A stretch of 64,000 bases of DNA from an uncultured Clostridia bacterium. GTDB lineage: Bacteria; Acidobacteriota; Aminicenantia; UBA2199. Position 1 is the stretch's first letter; each line of letters opens with the position of its first letter. The stretch spans positions 11,491-75,490 of the forward strand of contig CAYRAO010000007.1 of assembly GCA_964422395.1 (NCBI GenBank). Reading direction: 5' to 3'. A model generated the notes under the pieces. That model saw nothing but the letters and a program-made list of their open reading frames with translations. It was not told where the DNA came from and ran no database searches. The translations under genes and the position numbers were made by a program. Below are positions 56,922 to 64,000 of the stretch, piece by piece.

Positions 56922-58402
56922 TTTATTAAATCCACACTTTTGATGAGAGAAAATAAATTTTTTTTAAAAACTTTTAAAACAACTATAAATACAATGTATA
57001 CCAACAGTCCAATAGTCATGGCAATTATCAGATTGATTTTAAGTTGAAGAAGACCAAAAATCATTACAAACATACCAAGAGAAGCAAATGTTACTTTCAT
57101 AATAAAACCAATTGGCAATTTAATTTTATTGGAATCTAAAAATTTATAAACCATATAACTACAAACAACTATTTCAGTTAAAACCGTAGTAACAGCAGCT
57201 CCATAACAACTATATTTAGGAATAACTATAAGATTTGTTAAAACATTAAAAATAGCTCCCAACATTACTCCCTTTAAATAGAACTTTTGTTTATCTGAAG
57301 CAGAAAGTCCAATAGCAAATACTGCATAATTATACAATACGAAAACAGACCAAACAAGAATCTTAAAAATTAAAGGAGAATACTCTACAAATTCTTTCCC
57401 ATAAAGCATACTAATGATTGGTTTAGAAAAGAAGAAAAAGAAGATTATTACAGGAAAAGAAAGAAAAAAAATTAGTTTAAAAAATATATTAATACTACTC
57501 TCAAATTTATTAATACAATTCTTATAAAGATTTGAAAGGAGAGGAAAAATAGCTGACACAAAAAGACTAATACCAGCAATCATTATAAAAACAACATTAT
57601 ACGCTGCATTATAATATCCGACTATTTCATTTTCCTTTAAAAATCCCAACATGACAGTATCAATACGAAAATAGGTGAAAGTCGCCACTGAACTTAAAGC
57701 AAATGGCCAAGACTTCTTTAAAATTTGTTTGCATTTTTTTAAATCTATTTTTAGGAAAAATTTTGAAAAATTCCTCCAAATGATTGCTAAAGAAAATACG
57801 ATCCCAATTAAAACCGCAACAATGTAAGCATAACTTACCATTAAAGCTGAACCTTTATTTAGAATTAAAAATAATACTAATCCTAACAAACATAAACTTT
57901 GTAACATTTGCGATGCAGCTTCATATTGCATTTTCTCATTCGCTCTAAAAACTGACTTAAAAAACCTAACAAAGGTATTCAAAACGGAATAAATCCCTAA
58001 GAATAAAACTAACTTAATTAATTCATGATCTTTCTCCAATAACCAAATAGTAACAATCATCAAAGCTAAAGCAACGAACCCTAAGATAAGCTTCATCATA
58101 ATAATATTATCAATATAATAAGATGTTTTCGATTTATCTCGAGCAATCTCTCTAACAGATAAATATGAAAACCCGAAATCCGCAAGCACAGAAAAGAGAA
58201 TGGTGAAATTTAAAGCAAAAGCCCATTTCCCATAAACGGGAGGTCCAAAATATCGAGCTAACCAAACAATCACTAAAAAAGCTACTCCCTTTTGTATTAA
58301 CTCTGTGAATCCTAACCAAAAAACATTCTTAACAATTGTTTGTTTAGTATTTTTATTCTCAAAAAGCAAATTTTTCATATTAACATGTTTTTTAAAATTC
58401 AT
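56918..58402 (-). CDS. Wzx-type polysaccharide flippase (MOP superfamily)
   Basis: 494 aa with about 12-14 TM helices and the N-terminal pattern VKNVFWLGFTELIQKGVAFLVIVWLARYFGP. Confidence 0.75.
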   Translation of the reverse strand: MNFKKHVNMKNLLFENKNTKQTIVKNVFWLGFTELIQKGVAFLVIVWLARYFGPPVYGKWAFALNFTILFSVLADFGFSYLSVREIARDKSKTSYYIDNIIMMKLILGFVALALMIVTIWLLEKDHELIKLVLFLGIYSVLNTFVRFFKSVFRANEKMQYEAASQMLQSLCLLGLVLFLILNKGSALMVSYAYIVAVLIGIVFSLAIIWRNFSKFFLKIDLKKCKQILKKSWPFALSSVATFTYFRIDTVMLGFLKENEIVGYYNAAYNVVFIMIAGISLFVSAIFPLLSNLYKNCINKFESSINIFFKLIFFLSFPVIIFFFFFSKPIISMLYGKEFVEYSPLIFKILVWSVFVLYNYAVFAIGLSASDKQKFYLKGVMLGAIFNVLTNLIVIPKYSCYGAAVTTVLTEIVVCSYMVYKFLDSNKIKLPIGFIMKVTFASLGMFVMIFGLLQLKINLIIAMTIGLLVYIVFIVVLKVFKKNLFSLIKSVDLIK

Positions 58403-58683
58403 TTATTTTTCAACAATTATTTCATTAGATTTAATTACACTTTTCCCATCCTCATTATAGCAATATCCGATAACTCTTTAATAGAACTGCCGAAATCAGT
58501 CACATCATAACTCCATTACTCAGCTCGTACCACGAAACCACCTTCATCTTATTGTAGCATATTTGCTCGTATCTATTTACAAAGTTTATAAAGCAAATTA
58601 AATATTTCTTAGAAACAGAACTCCAATTAAAGGATAAAAAATCTTATCTATGGATTTGAATACTCTTCCCCTAAATTCTCTAC

Positions 58684-59253
58684 CTAAATAAAAGGAGCCT
58701 TGGATCTAAGAGTATATTTAAGATCCCTACTCCTTTCTCCTATCTTCTTTGCAGGAATTCCACCAGCAACTATAAACGGCAAGACATCTTTTGTGACAAC
58801 CGAATTTGCAGCAAGAACTGCACCCTTCCCGATAATAACATTTGGAAGAATTGTTACTCTGCAACTCGCCCATACATAATCTTCAATTTTTACCGGACCT
58901 CCGGAAGCAGAAAAGTCCGGACTATTCATATCGTGCTGCATCGTCCAAACCCATACTCCGGTGCTAAAATTGACATTATTTCCTATAAAAAGCCCATTCC
59001 GCCCGTCAAGAATTGCACAATCTCCTATTATTGTGTTTCGACCGATCTCAATTTTCCATGGAGCCCTGATTTTAGCACCATGATGTATAGTTGAATAACG
59101 TCCTATCTTCATACCAAACAAAAATTTATAAATAATCTTTCGCAAAAATGAAGAAGGGATATATCCAACTATAATTAGGGTGTATTGGACAAATCCACTA
59201 AAGAATTGAGGTATCCCAAGTTTTCGTAGTATTTTTTTTAATGCTGATTTCAT
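58684..59253 (-). CDS. Hexapeptide-repeat (LbH) O-acetyltransferase, WcaF/NodL-like
   Basis: Repeated [LIV]-G-x-x-x-x hexads: IGRNTIIGDCAILDGRNGLFIGNNVNFSTGVWV...VIIGKGAVLAANSVV. Confidence 0.82.
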   Translation of the reverse strand: MKSALKKILRKLGIPQFFSGFVQYTLIIVGYIPSSFLRKIIYKFLFGMKIGRYSTIHHGAKIRAPWKIEIGRNTIIGDCAILDGRNGLFIGNNVNFSTGVWVWTMQHDMNSPDFSASGGPVKIEDYVWASCRVTILPNVIIGKGAVLAANSVVTKDVLPFIVAGGIPAKKIGERSRDLKYTLRSKAPFI

Positions 59254-59320
59254 TTAATATTATTATAACCCAATATTTTCAAAAAATATAATGGTCTTGA
59301 CAAACCAGACCACTATAGAT

Positions 59321-61309
59321 TTAATGATTTTTTATCATAATTTTTGTTGGCATTTCCTGATAATACCATTTATTTTCCCCGCTCGAATAAAAAACAATAA
59401 GTTTATATGAACCTACCGGAACACTTGATGTTGAAGAAAAAACCTCATACTCAAAAAAATCTTTCGCTTTTACATAATTCCTACTTCTTAGGTTAGTAAA
59501 ATATAATTTTCTACCTTTTCTTAGCCCCAAAAAATATTTTCTTTTTTTGCAATTTTCATTTTGAATATTAATGTTACAAAATAAGATTCCGTTTTTTATT
59601 GTAGTTATTCGTTTTGTAAGTTCTGTAGGAATTGTATTGGTTTTATATAAATTCACTAAAATATTTTTACTTTTAAATATAGTATTTTCAAATAGCATTT
59701 TATTAAAAGAGTGTGATCCGTTTATCAAGAATTTATCAAAACGTCCATCCCTACAAAGCAATATCCTATCCCCTAATTTTTTTATTATTTTATAATTTGA
59801 ATATATAAGTTTCATTAGATGCGGATAATAATATCTTGTACTTCTCTTGATATTTTTATCATACTTAAAATCAGGGAAATCAATTATAACATTTGTTTTG
59901 GAATTAATTAGTTCACGAAAAAATTTTTTTTGTTTCTCTCTCGTAGTTAATCTACCAGGTCCTAAAACCCCCAATGATGTTTTAAAAACTCTTTGGGAAA
60001 AATAGTAATATTGCGGTGAAAGAGGCATAAAAAAAACAGATTCATTTTTTTTTGTGTTTTTATTTACAAGATCAATTATCCCTATATGTTTATTGTTCTT
60101 AAATTTTTTCCTCATAAATTCATTTGTATAAAAGAAAGTCTTGTAATTTGCAAATTCATTTTTAAAACTTCTTCTCATATTTCTTATTATATTGTAGCTT
60201 ACAATAAAAGATGCCCAAGTAAATAATAATAAGGAGGCTATGAGTATGATTGGAATTTTAATACTTAGATTACCTTTAACAATTTCATTTCTAAACAATC
60301 CAAAAATCCAAGCAAGTAAAACAAACTGAAGTACAATAACTTCAAGTATATGATCCTTATCAGTTCTATGTAAAGCCTGAATAAAAATCAGAATAGAAAA
60401 AATAGAACCGACCAATACAAACAATCTCTCTTTATCCTCTATTTTTTTCCATAATACATACAAAACTATTAACACTAAAAAGGGGAAAATTCTAAAAAAC
60501 CAGAATATAAAAGATATATTATTGTATATTGAAAAAAAAGACTGATGCAAATCAAATACAGGATCAGGTAAAGACAGACTATGTGCCATTCCTATAATAA
60601 TCTCAATAGTTTCAATCAAAGATATTGGAAATTTGTTATTTACAATTAAAAAAAATAAAAAAGGTGATATTGATAGAAACAATGTTGACAAAAAAAACAG
60701 AACATTTCTTTTCAATACTTTTATACCGTTTTCTTTAAAAAAGATAGTGATAGTTACAAAACTAATTACAAATGCATATACGCCGACATCAAATCTGAAT
60801 AAAGCTGTAATGCCACAAAAAAGACCTAATAAGAAAATTCCTTTGAAATCACTTCTTTTGAAAATTAAATAGTAAATAAAAAACAGAACTAAAATTGGTG
60901 TCAATACAATATAGTACACGTAAAACCTTGTAAAAAAAGATAGAGAAATTATCAATAAAGTAAAAGAAATAATAAAACTTTTTGAAACCTTTTCCATTAA
61001 ATAATACAAAAGCAAATAAGATAAGAAATATGCAAAAACAATAATAATAACTTCACCTATTAATCTATTATTAGAAAGGAGTTGTCCCAAAGCACTCATA
61101 TAAAAGACTAAAGGACCGTAAATATTACCTTTAATATTAATAAACGGATGTATCCCGTTTAAAATTCCCATACCCTTTGCCAATTGAGCTCCTTGATCCG
61201 GATTTCTAAAGAAAAAGGTTATGAATGGGGTATTTAATATGATAAACATAAGAATAGATATACTTATTACTAAATACTTGAATATGTTTAAAAACCTTTT
61301 AAAAAACAT
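59321..61309 (-). CDS. GT-C-like polytopic membrane protein with large C-terminal soluble domain (paralogue A)
   Basis: 662 aa. About 11 TM helices. N-terminal loop FRNPDQGAQLAKGMGILNGIHPF. Tandem paralogue of 61348-63360. Confidence 0.45.
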   Translation of the reverse strand: MFFKRFLNIFKYLVISISILMFIILNTPFITFFFRNPDQGAQLAKGMGILNGIHPFINIKGNIYGPLVFYMSALGQLLSNNRLIGEVIIIVFAYFLSYLLLYYLMEKVSKSFIISFTLLIISLSFFTRFYVYYIVLTPILVLFFIYYLIFKRSDFKGIFLLGLFCGITALFRFDVGVYAFVISFVTITIFFKENGIKVLKRNVLFFLSTLFLSISPFLFFLIVNNKFPISLIETIEIIIGMAHSLSLPDPVFDLHQSFFSIYNNISFIFWFFRIFPFLVLIVLYVLWKKIEDKERLFVLVGSIFSILIFIQALHRTDKDHILEVIVLQFVLLAWIFGLFRNEIVKGNLSIKIPIILIASLLLFTWASFIVSYNIIRNMRRSFKNEFANYKTFFYTNEFMRKKFKNNKHIGIIDLVNKNTKKNESVFFMPLSPQYYYFSQRVFKTSLGVLGPGRLTTREKQKKFFRELINSKTNVIIDFPDFKYDKNIKRSTRYYYPHLMKLIYSNYKIIKKLGDRILLCRDGRFDKFLINGSHSFNKMLFENTIFKSKNILVNLYKTNTIPTELTKRITTIKNGILFCNINIQNENCKKRKYFLGLRKGRKLYFTNLRSRNYVKAKDFFEYEVFSSTSSVPVGSYKLIVFYSSGENKWYYQEMPTKIMIKNH

Positions 61310-61347
61310 TCATTTCCTATTAATAGTATATTCTTTTAAAATAAATT

Positions 61348-63360
61348 TTACTTATAATGCAGATTCTTAATTGTAATTTTTGTCGGCATTTCCTGATAAT
61401 ACCATTTATTCTCCCCTCTCGAATAAAATACAATAAGTTTGTATAAACCTACCGGAACACCTGATGTTGAAGAAAAAACCTCATACTCTAAAGAATTATT
61501 GGTTTCCCTATAAGTCAATCTTTTCAGATTAGTAAAATATAACTCGCTTCCTTTTTTTAGTCCTAAATAATACTTTTTAATTTTGTTGCTTTTATTTTTA
61601 ATATTTATGTCACAAAATAAAACTCCGTTTTTTATAATAGTTATTCGTTTTGCAAGTTCTGTAGGAATTGTATTAGTTTTATACACATTCACCAAAAAAT
61701 TTTCCCTTTTAAATACAGTATCCTCAAATAACATTTTATCAAAAGAAGGTGATTTATTTATCAAGAATTTATTAAAACGCTCATCTCTGCAAAGTAACGT
61801 CCTATTTCCAAATCTTCTTATTATTTTATAATTCGAATAAATAAGCTTCATTAAATATGGATAATAATACCTGGGGTTTCTTGTAACAATTCTATCATAA
61901 TTAAACTCATAAAAATCAATTATCACATTAGTTTTTGTATCTATTAATTCTTGGAAATATGATAATTGTTTCTTTTTTGTTGTCAATCTACCCGGTCCCA
62001 ATACACCCAAAGATGTTTTAAAAACCCTTTCTGAATAATAATAAAGTTGAGGACCTACCGGCATAAATAGGACTGACTCATCTTTTTTAGTGTTTTTATT
62101 AACAAATTCTGCTATTTCGATAAGTCCGTTTTTTTTTCTATATTTTTTTCTCAAATCCTCTTTTGTCAAAAACAAATCTTTGTAGTTTAGAAACCCTCCT
62201 TTTAAACTAAAAACATACTCATTATCCCTTTTTATTAAATGATTATTTTTAGCAAACGGAATAATAAGAGAGATCAATATTAACATAGTGGATATAATTG
62301 CCAGCTTAATACTAAAGCTTCTTTTTGTGATCTCCTTTTTAGAGTAACTAAATATCCATGATATTAATACAAATTGTAATGGTATTGCTTGAAGCGTATG
62401 AAAAATATGAGGACGATTTAAAGCTTGAACATAAAGTAAAATGGTGAAAATAGAAGTAAAAAAAACGAATAATCTTTCCTTTTGTTCCACTTTTTTCCAT
62501 AGTACCAGTATAACTATTAAAGCAAAAAAGGGTAAAATTCTAAAAAACCAAAAGAATAAAGAAATATTATTATACATAGAGAAAATAGATTGATGCAAAT
62601 CAAATACCGGAGTAGGTAAATCTAATCCATGTGCCATCCCTTTAACAATCATAAAAGTGTCAATCAATGCTTTTGGAAACTTATTATTGATAATTAGAAA
62701 CAATATGAATGGCAACTCTACAAAAAAAACAGTTGAGATAAAGTATAAAAAGCACTTTCTTATTTTTCTCCACCCCGCATTTCTAAAAACAAAATAAATA
62801 ACAACAATACTAATAATTAAAGAATAAACACCAAAATCGAATCTGAATAAAATAGAAACACCACAAGATATTCCTAATAAAATAACTCCCTTATGTTCTT
62901 CTCGTTTGAAAATAACATAATAAATAGAGAAAAGTACTAAAACAGGGCTAAGCACAATATAATACTTATAAAACCTTGGTAAAAATAATAATGAAGTCAA
63001 TAATAATAAATAAGATATTTTAAAGCTTTTTGTCAATTTTTCCATTAAATAATAAAGTAAAAAATATGAAGATAAATATCCAATACAAATAACAATTACC
63101 TCTCCTATTAATCTATTATTAGAAAGGAGTTGTCCGAGTGCACTCATATAAAAAACAAGAGGTCCATATACATTTCCTGCAATATCAACAAATGGATGAA
63201 AACCTTGCAATATTTCATGAGCTTTTGAAAGCTGACCACCTTGATTAGAGTCCCCGAAAAAAAATAAAACCGATGGAGTATATATAAAAAGAAATAACAG
63301 GATGGAAAAAATAACTAAGCTATATTTAATAAACAATTTGTTTTCTTTTAATATTTGCAT
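61348..63360 (-). CDS. GT-C-like polytopic membrane protein with large C-terminal soluble domain (paralogue B)
   Basis: 670 aa. Same architecture as paralogue A, with long identical peptide runs such as YGPLVFYMSALGQLLSNNRLIGEVI. Confidence 0.45.
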   Translation of the reverse strand: MQILKENKLFIKYSLVIFSILLFLFIYTPSVLFFFGDSNQGGQLSKAHEILQGFHPFVDIAGNVYGPLVFYMSALGQLLSNNRLIGEVIVICIGYLSSYFLLYYLMEKLTKSFKISYLLLLTSLLFLPRFYKYYIVLSPVLVLFSIYYVIFKREEHKGVILLGISCGVSILFRFDFGVYSLIISIVVIYFVFRNAGWRKIRKCFLYFISTVFFVELPFILFLIINNKFPKALIDTFMIVKGMAHGLDLPTPVFDLHQSIFSMYNNISLFFWFFRILPFFALIVILVLWKKVEQKERLFVFFTSIFTILLYVQALNRPHIFHTLQAIPLQFVLISWIFSYSKKEITKRSFSIKLAIISTMLILISLIIPFAKNNHLIKRDNEYVFSLKGGFLNYKDLFLTKEDLRKKYRKKNGLIEIAEFVNKNTKKDESVLFMPVGPQLYYYSERVFKTSLGVLGPGRLTTKKKQLSYFQELIDTKTNVIIDFYEFNYDRIVTRNPRYYYPYLMKLIYSNYKIIRRFGNRTLLCRDERFNKFLINKSPSFDKMLFEDTVFKRENFLVNVYKTNTIPTELAKRITIIKNGVLFCDINIKNKSNKIKKYYLGLKKGSELYFTNLKRLTYRETNNSLEYEVFSSTSGVPVGLYKLIVFYSRGENKWYYQEMPTKITIKNLHYK

Positions 63361-63425
63361 ATTTCTTATTCCTCATTATTGTGAGTTAGATTTTTTTGTC
63401 AAACAAGACAATTACTTTATAAAAA

Positions 63426-63986
63426 CTACTTTGCAATGAACTTAATCATTTTTTGATCTCTGGGGTGATTCCAGTCTCCGATATACTCCGATTCCCATCC
63501 GGTCTTTTCTCCTAATTCAATCATCTCTTCTTTTGTATAATCGAAATGATCAAGACTATGGGACTTTGAAGGATTCTCTACAGATTTGCCTTCAAAAAAA
63601 GTTGCAAAAAAAATATGATTTTTTTTAACAAATTTCTTCAAATTTTTTAAACATAATACTATATCTTCTGTATTAAGATGAGTAAAAAGAGATAAAGCAA
63701 GTGCAAAATCAGGTTTTTTTGAAAATTTGTTAAATTGAAATTTGTTCGATATTACAAATTCAGGTATTTTGCTATCTGATAGCTCTTTTGATAAAACCTT
63801 ATTTAAACCAATATCCACAAGCTTTTGTTCTTTATCAAAACCGAGATAATTTCCTCTATCCAAATATTCTATAAACCTTACTCCGCCCCTCAGTGCACCG
63901 CATCCGATATCAAGAAAACAATGTTCAGGCTTCATACCTTGACTGACAATATATTTAAATTGTAAGTCTCCGATCTCGTCCCACAT
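63426..63986 (-). CDS. Class I SAM-dependent methyltransferase
   Basis: Motif I FLDIGCGALRGGVRF. 186 aa. Confidence 0.75.
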   Translation of the reverse strand: MWDEIGDLQFKYIVSQGMKPEHCFLDIGCGALRGGVRFIEYLDRGNYLGFDKEQKLVDIGLNKVLSKELSDSKIPEFVISNKFQFNKFSKKPDFALALSLFTHLNTEDIVLCLKNLKKFVKKNHIFFATFFEGKSVENPSKSHSLDHFDYTKEEMIELGEKTGWESEYIGDWNHPRDQKMIKFIAK

Positions 63987-64000
63987 TCCACCAACATAAT

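Noticed and set aside
1-64000. Mobile elements, prophage, CRISPR-Cas or toxin-antitoxin pairs
   Set aside because: None of the predicted proteins resembles a transposase, integrase, Cas protein or phage structural protein. No direct-repeat arrays are visible.

Overview
This is a low-GC (roughly 30% by eye), lysine-rich bacterial chromosomal segment, and almost every gene lies on the minus strand. Three accessory regions break up a housekeeping backbone. The backbone carries purL (3' end truncated at the window edge), purB, aspS, hisS, a HIT hydrolase, rpsA, ispH, pbpC, dnaB, rplI-rpsR-rpsF, rplY/ctc, prs, tRNA-Gln, ispE and pyrE.

1. A type IV pilin locus (18.3-22.8 kb). Two paralogous pilin genes each sit behind a sigma54-type -24/-12 promoter. 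Directly downstream are two O-antigen-ligase-family (Wzy_C) + TPR membrane proteins, which are candidate pilin O-glycosyltransferases.
2. A plus-strand signalling operon (30.3-36.1 kb). Order: Roadblock/LC7, MBL-fold flavodiiron/ODP-like protein, REC+DUF4388 (PATAN-like) response regulator, ParA/MinD deviant-Walker-A ATPase, second Roadblock-domain protein, and a cytoplasmic PAS-PAS-HisKA-HATPase-REC-Hpt hybrid kinase. I read this as a candidate, undescribed polarity/type-IV-pilus control module. A ParA-type ATPase occupies the place that MglA-like GTPases take in known Roadblock systems.
3. A roughly 28 kb polysaccharide region (36.3-64 kb). It looks like two back-to-back Wzx/Wzy-type loci with two initiating transferases (WbaP-like and WecA-like), many GT2/GT4/GT26 enzymes, GDP-fucose synthase translationally coupled to a sulfotransferase, an acetyltransferase, three SAM methyltransferases, a kinase-like protein, and a near-identical tandem pair of GT-C-like membrane proteins.

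I saw no rRNA, CRISPR array, transposase or integrase. The one tRNA (Gln, UUG) lies entirely inside the 3' end of the ispE reading frame.
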